DNA from: Promethearchaeota archaeon
GTDB taxonomy: Archaea > Asgardarchaeota > Lokiarchaeia > Sigyniarchaeales > SOKP01
NCBI GenBank assembly: GCA_019058015.1
Contig: JAHLWH010000232.1
Coordinates: 1 to 45,426 of the forward strand
Reading direction: 5' to 3'
Length of the DNA stretch: 45,426 nt
The position numbers and the translations under genes were made by a program. Shown here piece after piece: positions 1 through 8,976 of this stretch; the first letter of the stretch is position 1, and each line of letters starts with the position of its first letter. The notes under the pieces were generated by a model, which did no database searches, was not told the origin of the DNA, and saw only the letters and a program-made list of their open reading frames with translations.

Positions 1-66
1 AAAGAAGCGGTTGAATTTATGAATAAAGCTAATAAATCATTATTAGAAGCATTTAAAATGGTATAA
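1..66 (+). CDS. 3' end of an unidentified CDS running in from the left edge (KEAVEFMNKANKSLLEAFKMV*)
   Basis: Frame 1 is open from base 1 to TAA at 64-66, followed by AT-rich intergenic DNA; too short to identify. Confidence 0.5.
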   Translation, partial: KEAVEFMNKANKSLLEAFKMV

Positions 67-199
67 TATTGTAAAAATATTTAGCATTAATGTCTATAAT
101 ATAAATGGTTTAAGATTCTTTAAGATAGAGATAAAATATTTATTAAGATTAAACAATTTATAATAATAGCATTGGAATAGGAAAATATTAAAAAAAAGT

Positions 200-297
200 G
201 CCTCAGTTGCTTAGCCTGGTAGAGCGTTGCCTTGGTATCAAATCCGTAGGTTTAAACAGAAAGGCAAAGGTCGCGGGTCCGACTCCCGCCTGAGGCT
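200..297 (+). tRNA. tRNA-Thr(GGT) with a 24-nt canonical 37/38 intron (238-261)
   Basis: Acceptor stem GCCTCAG/CTGAGGC; D arm GCTT..GAGC; anticodon stem TTGCC/GGCAA with GGT at 234-236; T stem GCGGG/CCCGC; discriminator T; no encoded CCA. Confidence 0.92.
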
Positions 298-312
298 CAA
301 TATTCGAAGGAA

Positions 313-450
313 GTCGGTGTGGCTAAGCTTGGTTAGTAAAGCGCTAAAAAGCGTTAGCGCCAACAAGCGCCAGACTCATAATCTCTTATAAAGAATTGGG
401 TCAGAAAATAAGACATCTGGAGATCGCGGGCTCGAATCCCGCCACCGACA
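313..450 (+). tRNA. tRNA-Met(CAT), probably elongator, with two introns: D-loop (~335-365) and canonical 37/38 (381-414)
   Basis: Acceptor stem GTCGGTG/CACCGAC plus A73; anticodon stem CCAGA/TCTGG with CAT at 377-379; T stem GCGGG/CCCGC. The D-arm insert contains the hairpin GCGCTAA/TTAGCGC and a TTGG/CCAA bulge-helix-bulge-like helix. G1-C72 argues against initiator; Ile2 is not excluded. Confidence 0.85.
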
Positions 451-451
451 C

Positions 452-458
452 TTTTTTT
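452..458 (+). terminator. oligo-T archaeal-type terminator after the tRNA pair
   Basis: T7 run immediately 3' of tRNA-Met. Confidence 0.5.
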
Positions 459-519
459 ATAATATTCTACATATCCTCAAACATTAACTTTTAATAATCT
501 GTAATCAATATTTTTTGAT

Positions 520-2082
520 ATGGATAATCTAAATAAAATCTCCTTTTTGGATTCTATTTCCAGTTCCCAAATGGCTTCAGAGGATAATAATTCTGAATGG
601 TTGGGTATTCCCAAGAATTTATTAATGGAATGTGCAGGTTATTCATTCACTCAAAAGATTATTGAACATTATAATTTGAAGCCATATCAACGAGTTGTTA
701 TATTTTCTGGTCTTGGTAATAATGGTGGTGATAGTTTTGTTATTGCCCGTCATTTATCGAGTATGAAAATTTATATCGATTTAATTTTAGTGGGATTACC
801 TGAGAAAATAAGAACAGAGGAATCGCGATTAAATTGGAATATTATTCAAAATTTAAGTTTAGCTATTCAAATTAGAATTATAAAAGATTCTTCTGAATTT
901 AAAAAGCTTCAAGTAGAATTAAAAAAAATTAAAATTGACTTAATAATTGATGGACTGCTAGGAACTGGCATTAAAGGAAAGATACGAGAACCAATATCTT
1001 CTGCTATTGATCTAATTAATGATTTTCAATCTCAAGGGAAAAATATAGCCTCTATTGACGTTCCCTCTGGAATGAATCCAGATACTGGAAATATTTTAGA
1101 TAAAGCGGGTAAAGCTGATTTTGTTGTGACCTTCCATAAATTAAAAAAAGGGCTGAATGAAAACACAGAATATATAAAAAAAGTTGAAGTAAGTCCAATT
1201 GGAATACCGCTTGAGGCAAATCTTTTCGTTGGTAAGGGCGACTTGATACCAACAGTTAAAATTCACCCCGAATCTTCGCATAAAGGTGAAAACGGAAAAG
1301 TATTAGTAATTGGAGGGAGTAAAGAATATTCTGGGGCACCCGCATTAGCATCTTTAGCAGCAATTAAAATGGGAGTTGATTTAGTAAGAACTTTTGTACC
1401 AAGTTCAATTTCTGAAATTGTAAAAAAATATTCCCCTAATTTGATCGTAAATTACGGGACTGGAGATTATATTTCTATTGAACATTTATCTTCTCTAAAA
1501 GAATTGATTGAATGGGCTGATGTAATTTTATTAGGACCAGGAATGGGAATTAATGATATTACTCAAGAAGCGGTTTTAAAAATATTAACATTTTTAGCCG
1601 ATATAAATAAATCTTGTGTTATTGATGCAGATGCATTAAAATTAATTAAAAATAACCTTGAATTAATACAACGTTCTAATATAGTATTAACACCGCATGA
1701 AGGAGAATTAAAAATAATGACTGGAATATCTCTACCACCTATGAAAAATCTTATTGAAAGGTTAGAGAGTGTTTTAAGAATTGCGGAAAGATATAAAGCG
1801 ACATTTTTAGTTAAAGGGAAGTTTGATTTTATATCTAACGGTATTGATAGAAAAATCAATCGAACAGGATGCTCCCAAATGACTGTAGGTGGAACGGGTG
1901 ATGTCCTTGCAGGGATATGTGCCGCATTCTTGTCTATGGAAAATAAAGCTTTCGAATCAGCATGTTCAGCAGCTTTTATAAATGGTTTATCTGGTGAATT
2001 ATGTTTAGAGGAAATTGGTAATTATTTCAATTCCCTCAATTTGATAAATAAAATTCCACTAACTTTAAAAAAAATATTATAA
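520..2082 (+). CDS. nnr: bifunctional NAD(P)H-hydrate repair enzyme (YjeF-N epimerase + ADP-dependent dehydratase)
   Basis: LMECAG, GNNGGD, DGLLGTG and DVPSG epimerase motifs; HKGENGKVLVIGGS, GAPALA, LTPHEGE and GGTGDVLAG dehydratase motifs. Confidence 0.95.
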   Translation: MDNLNKISFLDSISSSQMASEDNNSEWLGIPKNLLMECAGYSFTQKIIEHYNLKPYQRVVIFSGLGNNGGDSFVIARHLSSMKIYIDLILVGLPEKIRTEESRLNWNIIQNLSLAIQIRIIKDSSEFKKLQVELKKIKIDLIIDGLLGTGIKGKIREPISSAIDLINDFQSQGKNIASIDVPSGMNPDTGNILDKAGKADFVVTFHKLKKGLNENTEYIKKVEVSPIGIPLEANLFVGKGDLIPTVKIHPESSHKGENGKVLVIGGSKEYSGAPALASLAAIKMGVDLVRTFVPSSISEIVKKYSPNLIVNYGTGDYISIEHLSSLKELIEWADVILLGPGMGINDITQEAVLKILTFLADINKSCVIDADALKLIKNNLELIQRSNIVLTPHEGELKIMTGISLPPMKNLIERLESVLRIAERYKATFLVKGKFDFISNGIDRKINRTGCSQMTVGGTGDVLAGICAAFLSMENKAFESACSAAFINGLSGELCLEEIGNYFNSLNLINKIPLTLKKIL

Positions 2083-2201
2083 AATTCATTAAATCTCCAA
2101 TCTTTTTGGTACATAAAATTTTATATATTTCTAAATTATTATAATAAATAGTAAAGAATAAAAAAATAATCATTATAAGAATAGCAAGGAATAGGGTTAA
2201 A

Positions 2202-3023
2202 ATGGTTCAAGTCTTCAAAATTTTAGATACTGGGGAAACTCAAGAAATAAAAGATACTGGGATGCCAATTAAAGATATCCTAGACATTTCTGAAGTATAT
2301 ATTATAATCAGCGAACATCGCGATAAAACAATTTGGTTATGGAAAGGTGCAAAATCATCGGTTAGAAGAAAATTTATAGGAGCCCAGAAGTCGCAGGATA
2401 TTCGAGGGCAGGTCGGAATGCAATATTCAGTGTTTCCTGTAGACCAAGGCGAGGAAAAACCAGATTTTATAAAAGCTATTGGCGGCAATCCTAGTGAAGG
2501 ATTTGCGAGAGAAATTAAAGATGATAGTGATGGAATAGAGACTCATCCATTAAGGCAAAAACAAATTTTTGAACCACCAAGAGCAGCGGAAGGGATGAAA
2601 ATAGGACTATCACCTCAGGCTCAAGCTGGAATAGGCCCTTTATATACTGGAGAGGAATCAATGTCTAAATATTTAACACCGACTACTGTTGATTTTAAAT
2701 CGGTGATGCAAAAATTAGAAGAAATTGCTACTCCGGAAGGTTTCGAAAGAGAAATGATAATTATTGGCTCTCAAACCTTTGCAGTTATCGAAAAAGTTCA
2801 AACATTTTTGGGTAAAAAACAGGTCGAGAAAGTTATTGAGCGTATTAGTTCAATCCCTGAAGGTGTTTTTTTCGCTGAAGGTTATACGCCTCGGATTTTA
2901 TCAGAAAATGGAAAAGTATTGGCCATAGAATTTTTAAAAAAATCAAATAGTAATGAAAGTAGTAGTCCTAATAAAAAGAATATCTTGAAAAATCAAATAA
3001 AACAACAATTAGGTTCATCTTAA
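2202..3023 (+). CDS. single gelsolin/villin-domain protein with an additional C-terminal domain (Asgard 1DGelX-like)
   Basis: Gelsolin-repeat pattern LDISEVYII..IWLWKGAKSSVRRKFIGA..DQGEEKPDF in the N-terminal ~95 aa, then a linker and a second domain. Confidence 0.75.
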   Translation: MVQVFKILDTGETQEIKDTGMPIKDILDISEVYIIISEHRDKTIWLWKGAKSSVRRKFIGAQKSQDIRGQVGMQYSVFPVDQGEEKPDFIKAIGGNPSEGFAREIKDDSDGIETHPLRQKQIFEPPRAAEGMKIGLSPQAQAGIGPLYTGEESMSKYLTPTTVDFKSVMQKLEEIATPEGFEREMIIIGSQTFAVIEKVQTFLGKKQVEKVIERISSIPEGVFFAEGYTPRILSENGKVLAIEFLKKSNSNESSSPNKKNILKNQIKQQLGSS

Positions 3024-3119
3024 TAACAAGAATTAAAATAAAAGATATTTACAAAAAAATATTGAATCATTTTAATTATATTTCATAAAATTTATTAAAT
3101 TTCAAAATAAAATCTAATA

Positions 3120-3512
3120 ATGAGCGATTTAACACCACAAGAAGCTCAGAATTTATCCGAGTTCTTAGGAAATATCACTGAACATACTGATTTGGAAGCA
3201 TTGGCGTTAGTTACACGAGAAGGTTTAAGACTTGCTTTTTCTTGCGTTCCAGGCTATAATATCAATCCGGATTTATTTTCCTCAATGAGTGCTGTGGTTA
3301 TGAAAAGCGGTGAAGATGCTATTCAATCACTTGAATATAATGATCTTCTTGAAGTAATTCTTCGAGGCGATAATGCCTTCATAATTTTAAGCAACGCTGG
3401 ACGATTCTTCCTAATGGGTGCATCTCGAGAAATAAAAGATTTGGGAAAAATTGTCTCTGTTTTTAGATATTATGCTAAAGAAATCTCTAAAAGGTATCCA
3501 AAATTATCTTAA
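3120..3512 (+). CDS. Roadblock/LC7 (MglB-like) domain protein
   Basis: 130 aa; ALALVTREGLRLA, FSSMSAVVMKSGE and LLEVILRGDNAFIIL match the Roadblock pattern. Confidence 0.85.
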   Translation: MSDLTPQEAQNLSEFLGNITEHTDLEALALVTREGLRLAFSCVPGYNINPDLFSSMSAVVMKSGEDAIQSLEYNDLLEVILRGDNAFIILSNAGRFFLMGASREIKDLGKIVSVFRYYAKEISKRYPKLS

Positions 3513-3767
3513 AATTACCTAATTCTTTAATTATTTAAGGAAAATAATGTAATTTTGCGTTAAGCAGATTTATTTAATTTTATTACTTTTTTTAAAATAC
3601 ACAAGACATATATTTTAAAATTTTATTAATAATGAGTAGAAGTCCGTTTAAAATTTTTTAATGATTAAAAATAAATTATAAATAATAATTCTAACATTTT
3701 ATACTAATGAATATTTATTATGTTCTCAAAGGAATAAAATAATGAGTAATATTATAAAGGGTTAATC

Positions 3768-5933
3768 ATGTCTAAAGAACCATTAATGTTATTTGTTGAG
3801 GTTTTTGATTCAGATTCTGGAAAAGTAATAATTTCTAATGAGAATCTTGAAAAATTAAGTGTTAAGAATGGAGATATTGTTGAAGTTATAGATACGGATA
3901 CAAATAAAACTATATCAGCATTTATTGAGGGCTCTACAGAGGTTCTTGAATTTGCTGGTAAATTCTCTAAATTGATATGTGATAAATTGGGTTTTAAAGG
4001 AGTAGAATTAGGTATTCAAGTAAAATCTGATATTACCACATCTCTTGAGCTCACTCCATCTGGAAAAATTCCAGTTCAAGAAGCTCCACATGCTGAAATA
4101 AAACCCCCAAAAATTGAATTCGATATTGAACAGCAGCAAATAACAAAACCTCAAACACCCACTTATGCACCTCCAAAGCCACAAGCACCAACTCCTAGAA
4201 TTACTCCCCCACCTTCCCCACCTGGATTAACTCCAACCCCTCCACCGCCTTCACATCCATCACCAACCTATGCACCTCCAAAGCCGCAAATGCCAACACC
4301 TGGATTAACGCCCACACCACAACCACCTCAACTAGATCAATCAGGAATCCAACCAAGTGGATTACCCGAAACTGAAGTAACTCCCATGTACCCTAATCAA
4401 ATTGATGTATATACTCTGCAGACTCAAAAAAGTGGAATAATTTTAACACCAAAAATAATCGATGGTATGGAAGGAAGGATTCAACTAAGTGAAAATAATC
4501 TTAGAAAACTAGGATTAGGTGTAGGAATGTTAATTGCATGGGAAGATCCTTTAACACGATCTATAAGTTCAGCAAGAATTTCTATGGGTCTTAATGTTCC
4601 AGAAAATCAAATCATAATGGATCAAAATACAAAAGAAGATAGTAATATCCTCTCTGATCAAGTTGTAGTGTATTCTACTGAACCACCCATTCAGAAAATG
4701 GAGCAAATTTCCCTAGAAGTTAATTCAAAACCTGAACTTAATGGATTTTGTCAAGTCAGCCCTAGGATAATGCATTCACTATCTATGCAACCTGGTGTTA
4801 TCATTGCTTTTGAAGACGAATTAACTGGTGCTATTGGAGCCGCAAAAGTTCAAATTGATGAAAGAATGCCTTCCAATCAAATTATTATTGATAGTGAGAT
4901 ATTAGAAGCATCCGGAATCGGTAGTTATGAAGTTATTGTAAGGAAAAACCCAAGGCAAATTATAAATCTACAATCAATAAATTTAGGTATAAGCCCAATT
5001 AAAGGAGAAAATATGTGGGAACTTGTAAGTACAATACGTCAAAACGTTGAAGCTTTAAAAAATTGGCTTATGAATTATATAATATTTAAAGGAATTAAAT
5101 TACGATGGAATACAGCTAATATTGCATGTTCTGTAATTGATTGTATACCTGATTTAACGGGAGATATTTTTGCACAAATAACTCCAAATACTACACTAAG
5201 CTTGAGTCCAACGGGACTTATTCCGTTTAATGCTATATTAATTATTGACATTAGTAGAAGTATGATGGCGCGTGATGTGGAAATTAGAAATATTGCTCCT
5301 GCAATCGAAGGAATTAAGGCAGCTATGTATTCCCCCGAAATTCAAGAATTTCTGAAGAAATTTAAGGAAGGGATTTCAGTTCCACGTCGAATAGCAGCCG
5401 CTTTTGCAGCAGTTCTATTCTTAAGTGAGAAAGTTGGAAGAGGATTTGGAGAAAAAGTGAGTGTTATACGTTTTGCAGATGAATCTCAGGTATTACCCTT
5501 CCAAGGAGGGTTATATATGGACTCTGCCAGCGGAGAAAAGGGAATTCTTGAAGATTGCGCTCGAATGATTGTTGATAGAATTGGGAATGCTTATGGTCAA
5601 GCAACAAATATGGGTGCCGCTATGCTTGCAGGAAGGGAAGTTCTATATACTTTTGAACAAATAAATCCTGATCAGCCAACAATGATTGTACTTTTAACTG
5701 ATGGTGTCCCTACCGATGTAGATAATTTTCTTGAATCTATTAAACAATTCAGTGAAAATCCAAACGTTGTAATATATATCGTAGGATTGGGTAATCCTGA
5801 TGATAAACTAATGAATAGAGCTGCATCATTATGCGGCGGGGAGTATTTTAAACCGAATGATGCCGGAGAATTATTAATCTGGTACTCAAAAAGGGCAAGA
5901 GATCTAACGGTAAAACTTAAAGCTCACAAATAG
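3768..5933 (+). CDS. multidomain protein: repeated Cdc48/VAT-N-like double-psi barrels, Pro-rich linker and C-terminal VWA domain
   Basis: VWA MIDAS motif DISRS...QATN...LTDG; repeated barrel-like motifs (ISNENLEKLSVKNGDIV, LSENNLRKLGLGVGM, VSPRIMHSLSMQPGVI); CDC48_2-like segment (CSVIDCIP..QITPNTTL); no Walker motifs seen. Confidence 0.7.
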   Translation: MSKEPLMLFVEVFDSDSGKVIISNENLEKLSVKNGDIVEVIDTDTNKTISAFIEGSTEVLEFAGKFSKLICDKLGFKGVELGIQVKSDITTSLELTPSGKIPVQEAPHAEIKPPKIEFDIEQQQITKPQTPTYAPPKPQAPTPRITPPPSPPGLTPTPPPPSHPSPTYAPPKPQMPTPGLTPTPQPPQLDQSGIQPSGLPETEVTPMYPNQIDVYTLQTQKSGIILTPKIIDGMEGRIQLSENNLRKLGLGVGMLIAWEDPLTRSISSARISMGLNVPENQIIMDQNTKEDSNILSDQVVVYSTEPPIQKMEQISLEVNSKPELNGFCQVSPRIMHSLSMQPGVIIAFEDELTGAIGAAKVQIDERMPSNQIIIDSEILEASGIGSYEVIVRKNPRQIINLQSINLGISPIKGENMWELVSTIRQNVEALKNWLMNYIIFKGIKLRWNTANIACSVIDCIPDLTGDIFAQITPNTTLSLSPTGLIPFNAILIIDISRSMMARDVEIRNIAPAIEGIKAAMYSPEIQEFLKKFKEGISVPRRIAAAFAAVLFLSEKVGRGFGEKVSVIRFADESQVLPFQGGLYMDSASGEKGILEDCARMIVDRIGNAYGQATNMGAAMLAGREVLYTFEQINPDQPTMIVLLTDGVPTDVDNFLESIKQFSENPNVVIYIVGLGNPDDKLMNRAASLCGGEYFKPNDAGELLIWYSKRARDLTVKLKAHK
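4155..4325 (+). repeat. coding repeats in the Pro-rich linker (TYAPPKPQxPTP x2; PGLTPTP x2)
   Basis: tatgcacctccaaagcc at 4164-4180 and 4269-4285; cctggattaac at 4221-4231 and 4299-4309. Confidence 0.8.
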
Positions 5934-6101
5934 TAGATATAAATGAAATAACCATAATTAAGAAAATTTTAATTTTTTTCATTAATTCTTATGATTTTAC
6001 TTAAGTAATGGCATTCTTCTACTCTACTTATATTTAAAAAGGATCTATTAAGAATTTCGATAGATATATTTTAATATTTAAATGAAAATTTCCTAAAATT
6101 T

Positions 6102-7649
6102 TTAGACTTTTACTTTTCCTGCTTGTTCAATTACTTTGGTTGGTGATTGTTGAATCATTAAATCTTCATACATATTGTTTTCTTTTAATTGAAGGCTAAT
6201 TATATCTTCAGTAACTCCCATAGTACGAAGCATTTGGTAACCATTTCTTATTACTGCTTTAATGAATCGTGGGATTTGTGGAAGCATCCAATTGAATTTG
6301 GAAAAGGGATTACAATAACGTTTTGCTATCATTTTGAGCCAATCTCTGCCCATATAATAATCAGCATAAGCTTCTGCCACTAACCCATACATCTCGTGAT
6401 TGCTTAATTGTTCTGTTCTCATCATAGAATGGAAAAGATCATAGTACTTATAGTTATTAGTTGTAATCATATTTTTACTCTTCATCTCGTCGTAAAAGGG
6501 AGTGCCAGGAAAGGCGGTAATTGGTGTAAATTGTACAAAAGTCAAATTAAGCGATTTTGTGAATGAAATATTTTGACGGACCATTTTTTTGGTTTCACCT
6601 GGATAACCAATTATAACGCCTCCAAAAATAGAAATGCCATGATCTTGCAGCATTTTAACAACTTTTATTATCTTAACAGGTGTAGTATTTATTTTACCCA
6701 TAGCATCAAGGCTTTGTTGATGAACAGATTCAATGCCAAGAAATACTTGTCTCATACCTGCCTTTTGCATAAGATCAACTAACCATGGATTTCGGTAAAG
6801 TGTATCGACTCTTGATTGGCAGCTAAAATAAAAATTATTTGGAAGCCCCGTCTGGATAATAGTATCCAAAATTTTTTTGGTACGTTTAGCTTTAATAGTA
6901 AAATTATCTTCACAGAAAAAAATAAAATTATGACCCAAATTCACATCATAAATTTCTTGCATGATTCTTTTTAGGCTTTTAGTTCGATACGAGATATGGT
7001 GGATGGGATCTTTCCACATTTTAATGATACAACAAAATTTACACGAGTGGGGGCATCCTCTTGATGTTTCAAGTTGAGCCACTCTTGTACCTAAATAAAT
7101 ATACTTTTTCCATTTTAATAAATCTCTTCTGGGCATAGGAAAATTATCTAAGTTCGTTTCTAATCTGCGATCCTTATTATGAATAACTTTCCCATTATTA
7201 TTTTTATAGGAAACACCATCTATTTCTTTTAATGCTACGTGATTTGGGTTTCCATCAATATAATCAATTATTTCTTTAAAAGTATGCTCACCTTCACCCC
7301 GAATTGCATAGTCAACGGATTGATGTTTAGCTACATAATCCGGATCGAGTGTTGGATGATATCCGCCAATAATTGTTGAACAACCCTGTTCTTTGGCCAT
7401 TTGTGCAACCTCAAACGCGTGATCTATTTGGGGTGTCATACTTGTAATCGCAACAACATCATGACGGTTTAATTCACGCCGAAACCTTTTTTCTTTAAAT
7501 TTATCAATTTTGAAATCAAATAATTTTGCGTCATGTTCAGGTACCATAGCAGCGATTGAAATAAGACTCAGTGGGGCCCCTTTAATAATCGCATCAAGCC
7601 CAGACTCAAGTCGAGCTGGATTAACATATAAGATTTTCATACTACTCAA
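6102..7649 (-). CDS. cobalamin-binding radical SAM protein
   Basis: N-terminal B12-binding region (PLSLISIAA, IIGGYHPT, GEGE); TSRGCPHSCKFC CxxxCxxC motif; GIES; PGTP. Confidence 0.92.
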   Translation of the reverse strand: MSSMKILYVNPARLESGLDAIIKGAPLSLISIAAMVPEHDAKLFDFKIDKFKEKRFRRELNRHDVVAITSMTPQIDHAFEVAQMAKEQGCSTIIGGYHPTLDPDYVAKHQSVDYAIRGEGEHTFKEIIDYIDGNPNHVALKEIDGVSYKNNNGKVIHNKDRRLETNLDNFPMPRRDLLKWKKYIYLGTRVAQLETSRGCPHSCKFCCIIKMWKDPIHHISYRTKSLKRIMQEIYDVNLGHNFIFFCEDNFTIKAKRTKKILDTIIQTGLPNNFYFSCQSRVDTLYRNPWLVDLMQKAGMRQVFLGIESVHQQSLDAMGKINTTPVKIIKVVKMLQDHGISIFGGVIIGYPGETKKMVRQNISFTKSLNLTFVQFTPITAFPGTPFYDEMKSKNMITTNNYKYYDLFHSMMRTEQLSNHEMYGLVAEAYADYYMGRDWLKMIAKRYCNPFSKFNWMLPQIPRFIKAVIRNGYQMLRTMGVTEDIISLQLKENNMYEDLMIQQSPTKVIEQAGKVKV

Positions 7650-7797
7650 AATATTATTTATTTGTTAAATCTACATAAAAATCAATTTACTTAGAACATA
7701 TTAGTTAAAAAAAGTATTTAAACTTGTCTGTTCTACATACCTATAGAAATAAAAATTAGAAAAAAAGGAAAAGAAAAGGTTTGTAAAGTTCTATTCT

Positions 7798-8976
7798 CTA
7801 AATTTCAACGTCATACTCTAATTGGTCGATAATTTCTATTAGATCTAAGATTTCAAACCCCATGTTAAATATTTCATTTGCATCACTTAAATTTGTTCTA
7901 CAAAATGGACATGTTGAAGATACAATTGATGCCCCAGTTTCTTTTGCTTCTTCTAATCTTTCCTGTGATATTTCAACAGACCAATCTGGGTATCCAATTT
8001 TAACACCTCCTCCAGCACCACAACACCATGCGTGATTCCGATTTCGCCTCATTTCTACAAAATTAATTCCAGGAATCTGTTTATATACATCTCTTGGGAT
8101 TTCATATATGCCAGAATGTCTGCCTAAATGACATGGATCGTGATAGGTCACAGTTTTATTGTAGTTTGATTTGAATTTTAATTTTCCTTTATCTAATAAT
8201 TCCTTAAGCAGTTCAGCAGTATGATATAGTTCAAAATCATAATTAACACCAAATTTTTCAAAATCATTCTTTAATGTTCGATAACACCCAGCACAGGAAG
8301 TAATTACCCTGAATGCACCCGCTTCTTTTATCTTTTCTATATTATAATTCATAAATTCTTTTGAAATCGAAATTTGACCCGTTCTTATCATGGGAGATGT
8401 ACAACAATGTTCATCGATTAGTGTAAAATCAATATTTGCCCTTTTGAGAAAGTTTAATGTTGCATCTCTTAAGGATTGTTGGCGATAATTTGAAGTGCAT
8501 CCAATATAATATACCCATTCTGCTTTATCGGGTAAATCATATTTTTTCTTTAGCTCTTCATTATCAGAATTTGGTTCATCATAAGGATTAAATTTTTTAA
8601 TAGCTCGCTCAATTAGTTTTTCTTGGTTTTGGGCTGGACCGATATGTTTAACTGCTAACTCTCTCAAGGCTTCTATCATATTAACAATATAATCTGCATG
8701 TGGTGCTTGACATGCATCCATGCAAGCTCCACAAGTAGGGCATGCAAAAATGGCATCCTTTAAATCATCGCTCCATTCTAAATCTCCATTTAATACTCCA
8801 CGTATAGTTCTTATCTTTCCAGATGCCCAAAACGATTCAAACAGGAATTTTTCACCAGAAGGACATGATGGTTCAAAAGTCTTATATCCATACTTACAAG
8901 TGCTACACTTGATACATCTTTCAAAAGCCATCTCTAAATATTCTTTTCCCATTAAACTATTATCTATTTCCACCAT
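7798..8976 (-). CDS. Fe-S oxidoreductase, HdrD/GlcF-like (ferredoxin-type clusters + two CCG domains)
   Basis: CIKCSTC..CP; CPTCGACMDAC; YYIGC; HCC; TSCAGCY; YHDPCHLGR; WCCGAGGG; STCPFC. Confidence 0.92.
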   Translation of the reverse strand: MVEIDNSLMGKEYLEMAFERCIKCSTCKYGYKTFEPSCPSGEKFLFESFWASGKIRTIRGVLNGDLEWSDDLKDAIFACPTCGACMDACQAPHADYIVNMIEALRELAVKHIGPAQNQEKLIERAIKKFNPYDEPNSDNEELKKKYDLPDKAEWVYYIGCTSNYRQQSLRDATLNFLKRANIDFTLIDEHCCTSPMIRTGQISISKEFMNYNIEKIKEAGAFRVITSCAGCYRTLKNDFEKFGVNYDFELYHTAELLKELLDKGKLKFKSNYNKTVTYHDPCHLGRHSGIYEIPRDVYKQIPGINFVEMRRNRNHAWCCGAGGGVKIGYPDWSVEISQERLEEAKETGASIVSSTCPFCRTNLSDANEIFNMGFEILDLIEIIDQLEYDVEI

